A DNA stretch of 64,000 bases from NCBI GenBank assembly GCA_028023455.1, contig JAQFVV010000009.1:6634001-6698000 (forward strand), in the 5' to 3' direction. Source of the stretch: Epiperipatus broadwayi (Eukaryota; Animalia; Onychophora). Below are positions 51,201 through 64,000 of the stretch, in pieces; the stretch's first letter is position 1; the number at the start of each line of letters is the position of its first letter. The position numbers and the translations under genes were made by a program. Below the pieces are notes generated by a model that was not told where the DNA came from, did no database searches, and saw nothing but the letters and a program-made list of their open reading frames with translations.

Positions 51201-52564
51201 CATGTTGGGCAATCAAATATGTATACCAACTATATTAAAATAATATCAAATCTCATTAGTTATTTTGTACATATGTTTTAATTATATGCAAATCTCCAGA
51301 AAAAAAAATATTTATATTTGAGGTACGAAATATCCTCTAGACACAGCAACTAATCCATAAACATATCATCATACATTGTTTCCAAATATGAATTGATTCA
51401 GTATAAATACATAATTTTTTCAGCTTATGAAAATATTAGTTCAGATTAGCACAAATATATAGAAGGAATATGATAAAACAATATTCTAAATAGCAAAATA
51501 TTTAATAATAAATTTGACCATATATAACAATACATTGGTTTATACATATATTTGATTGCAATTAAATCGTTATGTGATTAAAAGAATTAATTAGGACATG
51601 CTTCTAACTATAATATTATACAACTTATTAAATCAATTTTGATTTAGTCTTTAATGAACCCACCCTAACTTACTACATGTTTAAATATATTTAGGTTTAT
51701 TATTCAAAATTATAATGAAATCAAATAAATAGTTTAAATAAAAAAATTAAAATTAAATATTAGACTGCTTTTTCTTATTCTGGGTATTTCATGGAAAATC
51801 AATTGAAAAGTGAGTGCATAAAGAAATTGTTTAGATGGTCATTTCTAGAGAATTTAAAATAACTTATTGGTAAATTTCTTTGTTTTTATTTTGATATTTT
51901 ATTTTCTCTAAATAGATATTTTTTATAGTTATGTTGATTTCCAGTTTAAATGTGAGTTCAAAATTTTCTATAAACAACTCTGGAAAGATCTTTGCATAGA
52001 CAACAACAATAATGTAATGGCCATACCACTTCTCTTTCTTATGTTTTGTAATCTAGTGTCAACTGCTAACGCATTAAATGAACTATAATTGTCTTATAAC
52101 TATTGATAAAAACTGAACTTTTTAAACTTGCTTAAGCTTTTCATATAGTCTATTTTAGCAATCAACAAAAATAGGGTGTTAACTTAAGGAACAAAAAATA
52201 AATTGACATTATTTTGTATTCAGAAATTTGATAAACATATTTAATTATTTGTTACATTTTACAATAGACTTATCTTTTCAAAAACAAATCTCATTTCTTT
52301 TATAATTTTCAAAAATAAATATGTTTTGAGAAAAATTATTGTCAAAAAAAATAAAGAAGGTTTTTACATTCACTTAAGTAAATAAAAATACAAAATTTTG
52401 ATTTAAATACAATATTTTAAGAGTTTATTTAGTTTGTCTATATTTCATACATATATGCATATCAACCTGTAACTTTGTAAGACAAAAATCATGTAAAATA
52501 ATAATATTAATAAGTAGTATTATAAATTATGGTACAAATTGTCTTTATATATATATCAACAAAA

Positions 52565-52750
52565 TGGCTTTATGTTGTAGTGGTAGCATATCTGTCTGTC
52601 TTCTATGATATGGATTCTAACTTAGGTTATAAAAATTCTTAGATTTTATTTAGGTTTAGGATTTTTTTTTTCAATAGCTAGCCCATAGCCAACCCATTTA
52701 AATATATAAGATTGGTTGGTAAACAGATATCTATCTATATTTAGCTAATG
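52565..52750 (+). mobile_element. Degenerate tRNA-derived SINE
   Basis: gttgtagtggtagcat head; ttggtaaacagatatcta shared with the 53.5 kb copy. Confidence 0.4.
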
Positions 52751-53394
52751 AATAATATCAAGATTTAAAACTGCTCATATTCCCAACAATTGGCAAGCCT
52801 AATGAATAATGCTTTTTTGTTGTTTTTCTATAAGAAGTTTTTGGAAAGTCATTAACATGTGGTGGCTTCTTAGAGACTAACAATACTTCTCACCACTTCA
52901 TTTGCATATTTTATCTTTCTATCCTTTCTATATTAACTGCTTTTTACATAAGATTGTATTTAACATACTAGGAGCATGTCTTCAAAACTCTCAACTGTAG
53001 ATATAGCAGTTATTCTAAAAAAAATAGAATTTTTTTCTTAACTGAATCATAACTACTGAAATAAAATCTACTGGTTTTTTTTTTTTTTTCTGAGTCATAC
53101 ATTACTTTACAAACAACAATTAGATCTTTCAAATTTTTTTTCTCTCTCTCTCTCTGTCATAGCCATTAATAAAGTCAACTAGATTATAATTATTTGTGCT
53201 TTGCCAGATTTCATATTGGTTATAGCTTTTATAATTGTGTAAGTTTTTTTTATTTCTTTTTATATATATATTTCTGTTAATTTAATCCAAGAGTATTATT
53301 GTTTTCATACAAATTACTTAGTATATCTACTTTCTAACTTTTGTTTATAAATACTCTATTTCAGTATTAAGCTGTCATGTATATTTATCAATAA

Positions 53395-53660
53395 TATTGT
53401 GGTGCAATGGTGTATCATGCTAGGCCCTTGATCTGAATTTGAATCTGGCAAGGTTAATTTGAAAGTTGTTGTTTTTTCAGATTCTAATCAGACTTAGTTT
53501 TCTTTCAGGTAAGCAGCTCATAACAAAGTTTGATAACCATCCAATATTGATTGGTAAATAAGTATCTAGCTATTTTTAATTAAGAGGTTAAATAAGGATG
53601 GAAACCTCAAATCTTTAGCATGTGGCAGTTTGCATGCTTGCTTAAATAATGTCCTCTTCA
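53395..53660 (+). mobile_element. tRNA-derived SINE
   Basis: gtggtgcaatggtg ... gaatttgaatct; body similar to the 34.4-34.7 kb copy. Confidence 0.6.
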
Positions 53661-54864
53661 TTATACTTTTTATAAGAAATTGTTAAAGAGTTTGTCTTGC
53701 AATGGATTGTTTAAAGATTATTGAGTGTTATTATTTGTTAATCTATCTATATATATAATATTAAAGAAAAAACTAAAAACTGCAGCTATAAAAACAGCAA
53801 CTTATGAGAGAAATAAAAGTGCAAATGTCTTAAATTAACAATAATAAAATATATAAAATTAAAAAAAAATATTTTTTTTAAAATTTTACTTGATTATATT
53901 TTATAAAATTAGTCTATTACTATTTATGCTTATTTTTTCATCTGACAAGTTTTAGATTTTTTTTAAATATTCCCTTTTTATTTATTAATTGCCCTTTTTT
54001 TATTACCTCTGTTCTTCATTTAACTAAAGAAAAATCTTGATTCTATCAGTGCTAATCTGTGTCAGCTTCCAGATGTACACAATCATTCTTAACATTATTT
54101 TTTATCTAAAATGTAATCTAACTGAAATACATTGTTATAATATAGAGCTTTCCGTGTCATTACTATACTCTTCTGTACATAAACTTACAAGTACCATAAT
54201 TTCAATTAAATTTATTACTTCTCTTCATTTTCATCTTCATATTCTATTCCTCATTTTCAGTTTATAATTATTATTATATTTCATTTTGATGATTTTTTCA
54301 GTTTCTTTTTCTATGTTTTCTATTTGGCATGTATACTTGAATAACCATTAGATCTTGGGAAATGATTTTAGCCTAATCATTAATCTTTTTATTTAACGGG
54401 GTACTCCTAAACTCTTATTCTTGGATATAAAACTATATCTACATCATTATGTCTATTTCTAATTATAAAATACAAAACTCTTGCCTTTTTAAATTCTTTT
54501 TGCAATTCTTCCCTTTTGTTTTACAAAGTGGTATAGCACCTAGTTTTTTTACCTCTGCTAAAAATTTAATGGGGGGGGGGGTATTCAACATTCAAGCATT
54601 TTGTGCATCAATTTTTTTATTATATATATTTTAATTTAAATGATTGTAGATTAATATTATCAATTCTGGAAACTTGGTTTTTATTAATTACATCAATTGT
54701 TGTTAAACTTACCTCTGTTATAAAAATCGAGTGATAAGTTTTTTATATGGTTTTATTCAACTTACTCTATTTTTTTGTTGTTGTTGTCTGAAAAATCTTG
54801 TAACTAAATTTTCATTTATTTCCCAATTTCAAATCCAGATAAAGTTTACCATGTAAATATATTC

Positions 54865-57800
54865 TAATTGTATTTAAAAGGTAATAATCCCTCCTCACTT
54901 GCACCGTACAATAATAGTGATGTTAAATGTGAGAATACTCTGATTCCAGCCACAAAATAAAGACATTGAGAAAATAAGAATGACCATCTTATTTTCACAC
55001 CTAAATACACTTGTATAGGCCAATCGTAAGTAACTTGGAATGAGAGTGTAAATATATATTAAATCATTCATTTTACATCCATTTCTTTTAATAATCTTAT
55101 CAACATTTATGAAATATTAAAATTTAGTTCATGCTAATTTTAGATGTTAAATTATGTAATGATCAGTGCCATAGCTACTGCTCTAAGTGCCTATGTGCTC
55201 AAGATATAAAAGGCACCTTTGTAATAATAAAAAAAGATAAATCAGCAAAAAAAAAATTGTATTTTTTTCTTTATTAATTGTTTATTTAATATGTGTGAAG
55301 GAGAGATCAGGATATAACATATCAATTATAAAAATCGTCAGATACAGATTCAACAAATATTATTTTACACAGATTATAAAATTTTACAAAAAAAGCTATT
55401 ACAGAAGCTTCAACTTTTGTGTTTTGATTTCAGCAAAATTATTTATTCTTCAAAATCGTTTTCTAAAAAGGCATCGTTTTCAATTGATACTATTGCTAAA
55501 TTGATCAATCGATTTGGAGTCATCATTGCATTTAAATAATTTTTAATAAGTTTTAAATTATTGAAGCTTCATTTTCCAGTAGTAATAATAATGGGTAACT
55601 TGAGCATAATAGTATGGTTAAATACGGACATGATTCACACAGGTTCCATTTTAAAATTCCTTCTAAATTTTCCTGGTATAATGATGTTAAATTTGGGAAT
55701 ATCACTTGTGCTTGCGATTTAAAGCATTGTAATTCATTGAAATTTGTTCAATTTTTTATATTGACAACAAAGATCACTTGCACTTTTTTTATTTTTTTTT
55801 ATCGTCTATTGAAAATGTTACAATATTTTTCCCAATTAAAAATCAAATCGGCTGCTATATTGTGTAAATTGCAGAACCGGTCATTTAGTTGGAAAATAAT
55901 TATATCAATTATTTCATCTTCCAGAGAAAAAGAGGTACATTCACTTATTTCTCCAGGCAAAGATGTTTTTTTTTGCTCTTCTATTTGTTTTTTAGTTCAG
56001 CTTCTGAATCTATACCCAATTTTTTGCAATATTCTTTGGTTTTTTTATACATAGTGTACCATATCCTTCAATTTTGATTTTGTTAAATATAATTATGAGT
56101 CTATTTATCAAATCAGCTGATTGATAAATATCTTGTGGTTTTTTCTTTTTTTTTTTGCAATTGATTGTTTACCAAATTAAGCTTTGTTAAAATCATTTCC
56201 CACATATTCAAAGTAAATATAAAATTATACACTCGAATACAAGTTGTTAATATTCTAGCAGTAGCAATATTATCTCCAAAATATAAATCATTGGATGTAG
56301 CTTTTAATAAGTCCAATAATTTAATAATTTGAAGCTTTGCTACCATTATTGCTTTTGATTTTAAACCCAATTTTGTATCTTTCAATGATATCTTTAAATA
56401 GTTTATTTTTTCCCTACAATATGTTGAACTAGGAAAAAAAGTTGAATAACTTTTGAATGACTCCAAACAATGACCCCATCTCCACATTATTTTTCTGTAT
56501 GCACACCAATCAAGTTTAATGAATGCACAATGCATGGAATATATTTGGCTGAATCATTTGTCTTCAAAATATGGGCCTGCATTCCATTATATTTCCCAGC
56601 CATGTTGGCCTCATTATCATATCCATGGTTGCACATATATTTAATTTCTAAGCCATCAAGTTCAATTTTTCTAAAATTTCTTTGGCAAGTCATCCCCCCG
56701 TTTTATCTGTTACTGAAAAAAAAATTATAAATCTTTCCTCAATTTTAATAGGATTCATCAGAAAATTTCACATACTGAATAATTTGGCTTAATTCATCTT
56801 TATATGATATGTCAGGGATACTATCTACTATTGTAGTAAAATATTTTGTGGTTTTAATATCAGACAATATTTATATTTCTGACCTTGGGTGTCAATAAGT
56901 CAATAAATTCATTTTGTATTTGTGAACTTAAGTATGAAAAATTATTTTAACTCTATTGTTCAATATAGATTTTATGCATCATAGTTACTTACAAGATTAA
57001 TTAAATTGAGAAAAATTCCCCCGCCAAAATTAGTAAATTCATGCGCACCTCTGAACGCTATGTTGTTTGTTGTACAGAACATAATGTTTTAAAATTACTT
57101 TTAAGAACATAATGCCATTTTTTAACTTGTTCACACATTTGATTTGAGGAGAATCATCAATTAAATTATTTCCGGATTTAAGGCCTTTTTTGAAAATTTT
57201 CCACTTTGTGCAACAATTAATATGTTCAACAGAATGCTCATGGTTTGGGATTTTCAGATTCAATTGCTTCATTTTGAAAATCCCATCTCTTGTGTACTGA
57301 ATAAGTTGTAGAATTTTTTGAAAATAATAAGGATGGAAAGCAATATAAAGAAGTAAGAATTTCTGAGTAAAACATTCATTTTTTATATTGTTTTTCCCCA
57401 TTTGATAATTTTTTTAGAGGTCCAATTATTACTAAAACTTCACCCATCAGATGACAATGAATGTTTTATTAATATTTTATTTTCTGAGCCATTTGCTATT
57501 AATAATGTTCTTATATTATCAAATTTCAAATTCCAAGATAAAGGATCATTGAAATTAATTTTCACAATACAGTAGTATTCAAAATATTGTCCTTATCATG
57601 ACCACTAGTTCCAGTGACCAGTTCAATATCAAAATTACCAACACTTTTGTTTTAACAATAAAGTTGTCTTTATCTTTAATACCAATCGTACTCGCTTCAA
57701 TGTCAGAACTGTCTTTGCCTTCGGATTGCACTCATTTTTAATGCTACTATTGTCCTTTTTTTTAATTATTCAACTATCCAACATCTTTGGCTGTATTTTT

Positions 57801-58809
57801 CATTTTTATTTATTAATTTTGCTTCTTTTTTTTTTTTTTTATTTTTCCACCCTGACTTCTTTTTGGTTGACATGGTGTGTGTATAGCGAACTATAATATA
57901 AATAAATATTTTTTAAAAAATACTTTGATTGTCAGCACAATCAAATGATCATGTTAGTAAATTCTTATCAAATGTTATGATTAAAAGGTTATGAAGCAAA
58001 ATGTAACAACTACAAATCCCTTAGATGTGGTCGGGAGAAATATCCCTGTAAAAGTGGACTCATCCATCCGAGCTGCCTGACTTGCTGCTGCTCGCACAAA
58101 CCAGCTCAGCAGTATGTATTCACGCATCGTAATAATTTTTTTTGCATTTTTTGTTCACCACCAGTGGTAGGTGTATTGTCTTATTAGGCACAGTAATTTT
58201 AACTGTTGTTAGGCACAACAGTTTTATGTTATTATTCTGATAGTCTGTGATAGACTTGCTGCTTACAATTTTTTTTAATAAATAAAAATATGTTGCAGTT
58301 ATAAGATAATGTGAGTGGCACCTATGACCATGGCCACCTTCACCACACCCTCGTTACAGCACTGATAATGATCCATAAATTTTACTATTGCAATGTCAGA
58401 TTGTAAATCTATTTAGAATATAATAATTCCTCCTTACAATCTAACACTACTGTAATAAAATCCATTGATTATTACACCATTTAACATCTAAAATTAGCAT
58501 GAAGTACATTTTAATATTTCATAAGTGTTAATAAGATTATTAAAAGAAATGGATGTAAAATTAATGATTTAATGTATACAGTATTCAGGTTTTTATTCTA
58601 AAACACTTAAGATTGGCTATTTATGCTTGAAAATAAGATGGTCATTTTTATTTTCTCAAAGTCTTTATCTTGTGGCTGGAACAAGAATAATCTTGCATTT
58701 AATATTGCTGATATAATATTATAGTATGGCACAAGTGAGGGAGGATTATTACTTCTAAATAGAATTACTATCTGACACTGCGCTAGTTAATTCATTGATC
58801 ATTACATAC
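54865..58809. mobile_element. Non-coding element E (~330-bp monomer plus inverted full copy), split by the hAT insertion
   Basis: 54865-55152 is the reverse complement of ~58478-58770; the monomer start recurs near 58421; TSD AAATATATTC at 54855-54864 and 58810-58819. Confidence 0.78.
55164..58364 (-). mobile_element. hAT DNA transposon (3201 bp) with decayed transposase
   Basis: TIRs CAGTGCCATAGC / GTTACAGCACTG; 8-bp TSD (G/A)TAATGAT; GYDNEANMAGKYNGMQAHI...YIPCIVHSLNL motif. Confidence 0.92.
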
Positions 58810-61072
58810 AAATATATTCCTAAAGAGAATTTTTTTTTTTTTTTAGTTTGCAAACAATTTTAGCAAAAAAATAATAATAAAGTTAAATTTTTAATTTTAT
58901 GTGGGATTTAATATTATCATCTAGCAGTATTAAATTATATTTAACTTTATTTACTATATAAAACTAAGTAGAAATTAAAAAATATTAAAGAAAAAATTAA
59001 AGAAATGCTTTTATTTACATAAATGCATCAAATAAAAAATAAATTTTCTTCATCTTTCTCTAATCAAAAGATGGAATCATATTTAGAAATTGTATCAATA
59101 TCAACATATTGATAAGGTCACTTATAATTAATGCTTACTTGGTGGTAGATTAGCATTGATACAATTTTTAATCATGATCATTCCAAGCTTTAATTTGTGA
59201 AAGCTGAAAACAATTATTTTTTACTTTTTAATGTATTTGTGTGAATAAAAGTATTTCTTTAAAAAATATATTTATTTACAATAATGTTATTGAAATGTTC
59301 AAAAATATTATTAAATTTTTTAGTTTTAGATAATACTTATCATTAACTAATTCAATTAATAATAAGGTAATTAAAAGAAATTGCTGAGATTAATATAAAA
59401 AAAACACAATAAGAATGTATCAGAAAGTTATTTGGCTTGATTTTGATTTTTAATATATTACTATAATAATATGCTTTTGGATATAGAAAACTAACCAATA
59501 ACAGTCATTTTTAAATTTAAATAAATTATATTAAATATAAATTTTAGTTCTAAACTATAAATTATGAAACTAAAACTAAGTTCAATATACAAATATGCTG
59601 ATGTATATCAAATACAATATGTACATTGAAACAAAGTATGCGACTTTCCTAGCATATATTTAATACTTTTAACAGTAGTAATTAATTTTACCTCATCTCT
59701 AGAGTCTCCAATGGTCATCAGATGGTATTGTTACTCAGATTTTAAACTAGTTTCTGTTTATTGGCCTTTGTTAAGGAGGAGTACTCAATTGTACATTATC
59801 CATCAGTTTGCTTATAATATTGAAATCACTAAAATATAAAGTTGTTGGTTGGTCTAGTATAAAATTTTTATAGTTAAATAAATAAGTTGGCCTCGATTTC
59901 AAAAACCTTACTGTATTTGACTTGAAAGCATAATAAAAGTTAAAGTAATCAATTGCACCTCATTTACAAAGTTCATTAGTTAGGAAGATGCACAAATTAT
60001 TTTTGCTTACATAGATGACTTTAAATGAGAGTAAGGTAAAAATAATGGCATTATCATGGGCCACTCTGCATCTCATTTGTCTATTAATGTTAAGGATTTT
60101 ATAATATAAATGAGTTAATTCTAATTGTCTTTTAATAATGCAAAAAAATTATAATTTAATATTATTTGAGATGTTTTATAGTGAACTCGATGATGGTTTT
60201 CATAAAAGGAGATCCCATCTACGTTATACATATTATTTTAAAGATATTATAAAGAAGTGCTTTATTTATTGGTTGTTTTTATTGGGGGAGATATGGCTGA
60301 GGATAGATAATAATGAAGAGCTACAATTAAATAAGATGTAATATTTCAGAAAGAAAAGTTTACTGTAAAAGTAGTTAAAAGATAGCATCACAAATTACCA
60401 AATAGAATAATGGACCAGCATCTTCTATATGTGCAGCCACCTTTGGGCTTTCTAAATTGATATATATAGTCATTGCAAAATTTATCTCTATTGTATTTTT
60501 TTTTCTCTTGGAATTAGAATGATGATACTCATTTATGAATAATTATAGCTTATATGATAATGATTTATAAATATGCATATGAAATATCTGAAAGTTCCAT
60601 GAAATTAGAACTGGCCAGTTGAGATAGATTTTGAAATTATGATAATGTTTTCTATTGTAGCTGCTATATTGATATTAATTTGGATACTGATATTTTATAA
60701 TAAATATCTTAATTAAGTTCTGAATATTAAATAGAGAATTTAAGAGCCTGCTATGTTCCAAGGCTATTATCATATTAATACCAATAGAAGGAGCATTGGT
60801 AACTTTTAAATAAATTTAAGTTCAACTTTGTGATAACAAAACAAATTGACTTAATATTAGTAACAAAATAGGAAAAGAATAGAGAAAAGAAAACAATTAG
60901 AAATTTTATTAGAGATCTCTAGTCTATTAATAAGATTCTGCCTTTGTTGTCCGTTTCTATAGAGGCAGTGTATCCTAATTAAAAAAAGTTTTTCACAAAT
61001 CCATTTGGATATAACTGCAATATATATATATATATTAAAATACAGTACAATTTACATAAATTATATTATTAT

Positions 61073-61115
61073 TAGAAGTACTTTCGACTATACATTTTGT
61101 CGTCTTTTTCAACTA
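61073..61115 (-). ncRNA. PLE3 hammerhead variant (U3-A8)
   Basis: UAG UUGAAAA A GAC gacaaaauguaua GUC GAAAG UA CUU CUA; palindromic AAGUACUU stem III. Confidence 0.72.
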
Positions 61116-61870
61116 CATATCATTGAATAATCAAAATGAGACAACCTTTAGCAATACCCATAGTTCAATTCAGATTTCCCACAATTCTGTTATCTTAACA
61201 TTTGATGACTGGCGATTCATTAACATTTGACGATTTCTTGAAATCAACATAGCTTCTTTTATTTTACGTTTATTATGACAGCATTCAGTTTGAATAATTT
61301 TCATATTTTTATAATCAAATTTAAATCCATATTGACAAGATTTATTATGATCAAATATAACAGATGATGAAGGTTTATTTATTTCTATTCCAGATTGTTT
61401 CTCTTTTTGAATTCTATTATATAAAAGCATATGCCCTTTTATTCTCTTCTCAAATGTACACTTAGATTCACCGATGTACTGTAAACCACATCCACATATC
61501 AATTTATATATAATAGAATTTTGATTAAACTTTGAATTTTGAATTTTAGAGTTATTAAGTAATCTATTTGTGTTATTTGTTGCGAAAAAAGCAATATGAC
61601 ACAAGTCATTATAAATTCTAATAAACTTGACCTGCTCATCCGATATAAATGGCATTGAAATCCATTTCATTTTGATATTTTTATTTTTAATTTTATTATA
61701 GTGTTGATTTCTTTTAAATTCTTTAATAATATTAATAATAGCATTTTTATAATAACCAATCTTTAACAAGACATTAACAAATAAATGTACATTTTTAATT
61801 TTATCATTAGAATATTTGCACAATTTTTCAAATTATATATATATAATATCAAATAATATAAGTATAATAA

Positions 61871-61996
61871 AACAATCCACTAAAATAAAACTACAAAATT
61901 TTAAAAAATGCCTATATAAAATTGAAGATTAATATTAATCTTCAATTTTATATAGGCATTTTTTAAAATTTTGTAGTTTTATTCCAGTGGATTGTT
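61871..61996. repeat. 126-bp loopless palindrome at the PLE3 5' end
   Basis: Symmetric about 61933/61934 (gattaat|attaatc), two mismatches. Confidence 0.95.
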
Positions 61997-62012
61997 ATAT
62001 ATATATATATAT

Positions 62013-62063
62013 ACCTTTCACTGATGATAGTCAAATTAGCTTGAAATCAGCTGCTCTGAAGGT
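62013..62063 (+). ncRNA. Orphan type I hammerhead-like motif in a ~150-bp unit between (TA)n tracts
   Basis: ACCUUUCA CUGAUGA UAGU caaauua GCUU GAAA UCAGCUGC UC UGAAGGU. Confidence 0.6.
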
Positions 62064-64000
62064 GGAGACAATGAAAAAGGTATTTAATTCTATCTCTCTT
62101 GACGTTTATGTAAACAAATGCTTGTATGGAGATTTTGGTAAAGCTCCATCTATTGATAATATATATATATTATACAGATATAATTAAAATAAATAAATAA
62201 TTGGTCAAATAGCCCATAACTTTGGCCACCAAAAATCTATAAAAGTATAATGATGTAGTTTAAGCCATCAAGCCTCCGTAATTTGGCTATGCCAAATCTG
62301 TAATGGAATTAAAATGTTTAAAATAATTGATTTATCAGATATTACTAGGTAAATACGTTCAACACCAATTTTGTAATAGTATAAAAAATATATATAATTT
62401 AATTAGTCATTTTCTTATATCTACATTGAGATACCAAATTGTACTAGTATGAAATATTAATTAAATAATATAAATTATAAAAATACAAATAATATTGAGC
62501 ACCTATTTATTAGTGTAGAATAAATAAATATAATAACCAATTAGTGTTTATTAAGATATTAGCTTAACTTTTCTTTATTATTTATTCATTGTAATCAATA
62601 AAATGTAAATAAGAAAACTTAAAATAATATAATAAAATATTTAATAAATATAAAGATGTTTATTTAATATTTTGGCTACTTGAATACTTAATATAAAAAT
62701 AGAATTATGCAAAGACTGTTTAAGTTGATACAAAGTATGAATAATTACAAGATTCAAATTTAATTAATAAAATAAAATTTATTAACAAAAAAATATGTAA
62801 TAAATACATAATATATATATAAGGTGATAAGTGGATGAAATGAAATTCTTTTGATTAAAATATTGGCTTATGGTTAATTGTAAATAGTATGAAGGTACGT
62901 AATCTATTATTTATATAGTGTAGATTGTGTATATAATATAAAGAAGGAACAAACCTCTGGTCATGCGCTTTTATGAATTTACATGCACTCACTCATGAGC
63001 ATTGGTTTGAAAAGCATAAGTATACGCTTATGCTTAGAGCTTATCTATGTATAAGCTAATCATTGCTCATTGTACTGAAATCACGGCTTCAATCTATTGT
63101 GTGTCTGAGTTATAAATTATTAATTTAATTGTACAAACCTATTTCTTTTGTATTAGCAAAGATAAAATCTCATTTTTAACCGCCTGCGATCAAATACATA
63201 GTAAATTTTGAATTTATTATAATAAATAATGTATTATTTATGTATTGCAGACCAGGGAGTGTACACAGAAAAATATTTCAGGAGGAGGGGAGGATGTTAT
63301 TGTTTTAATTTGCAAAAATAATACTGACTAATTTCAATCAAGGCATGGCAATGGTGCAACTTGAAAATGATCTAAGGTGCTAGATACAAAAAGTGAGTTG
63401 AAAGAAAGAATTGCAAGAAGTCTAGGGGGTGGCAGTCCCCTAGGTATCAGTGCCACAGGCAAAATTTTCAAGATCCAATGTACTCAAAAATAGCATTTAT
63501 GAGTGAAATATACAAACATAATATATTTTATATGTATGTAAAAGCAGTCTGTCACTTATTTTATTTTGTCCATGTACATGCATACACTTACATTAGATTT
63601 TCTCACAAAATTTGCAATATCCCTTGTGCTTTCATAGCCATTACAAGTAGAGGAACACAAATTGCTAATGCCAATAATCAATGTGTTTCAGTTCCAGCAG
63701 TTCAGTTCAGATGATTTAAAAAATAAAAGTAAATTTATATAAATGAATTACAAACTAAACTTGGTGACTATGAAATTAGTCCAAATAAAAATATAAAATT
63801 AAATGATACATATGATATTTTTCCCCTCACACATTAAAGTATATTTCAGTCAACAATAATTATTCACAAGAAATTTTTAAAGTAAATTAACTTTAAAAAG
63901 TTAATGTTTTATTGGTTTTGTATATGTATTTTGAGCACAAATAAATATTTTCTTTGTTTATAATGACCCATTAAATTAACTTAAGGTGTAAGCTGGGGAA

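Larger units (their letters stand above)
61035..61996 (-). mobile_element. Penelope-like element fragment (PLE3) in a (TA)n site
   Basis: ORF 61170-61823 with RT-thumb remnant and IIYKLICGCGLQYIGESK...KRKIKEAMLI; (TA)n tracts on both sides. Confidence 0.9.

Noticed and set aside
60390-60460. Minus-strand exon candidate (E)SPKVAAHIEDAGPLFYL
   Set aside because: Splice sites are plausible, but no consistent neighbouring exon or recognisable domain.
63253-63470. CAGGGAGTGTACACAG, a hAT-like terminal sequence
   Set aside because: No matching second TIR or TSD found inside the window.
6645-63714. Many short AT-rich ORFs in the supplied track (e.g. 6645, 14924, 22928, 26830, 54037, 55614)
   Set aside because: Low-complexity or antisense shadows of TE remnants with no protein motifs. 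No CRISPR array, rRNA or intact tRNA gene was seen.

Overview
Very AT-rich eukaryotic (most likely invertebrate animal) genomic window. It is dominated by decayed transposable elements, and no complete host gene can be called (only a few candidate exons). Recognisable elements: three Penelope-like elements (PLEs; RT and/or GIY-YIG), several LINE remnants (two L1/Tx1-like, a PHD-ORF1 CR1/Jockey-like, an Ingi/Vingi-like, RTE-like), a Gypsy pol fragment, a 3.2-kb hAT element, a Charlie-type hAT MITE, tRNA-derived SINEs and a tRNA-Gly retrocopy. The main discovery is a ribozyme/retroposon system. Eleven type I hammerhead-ribozyme (HHR)-like motifs were read by eye, in PLE 3' ends and in non-coding 330-445 bp monomer repeats (retrozyme-like families A and B). 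Five non-coding insertions (A twice, B, C, E) and the coding PLE at 1.7-3.5 kb share one architecture: an inverted 5' segment, then a direct copy, flanked by an AT-rich target-site duplication (TSD) of about 7-14 bp. This points to PLE-driven mobilisation. The three PLE hammerheads show C3-G8, A3-U8 and U3-A8 at the conserved tertiary pair. All calls are by manual inspection; no database search or folding program was run.
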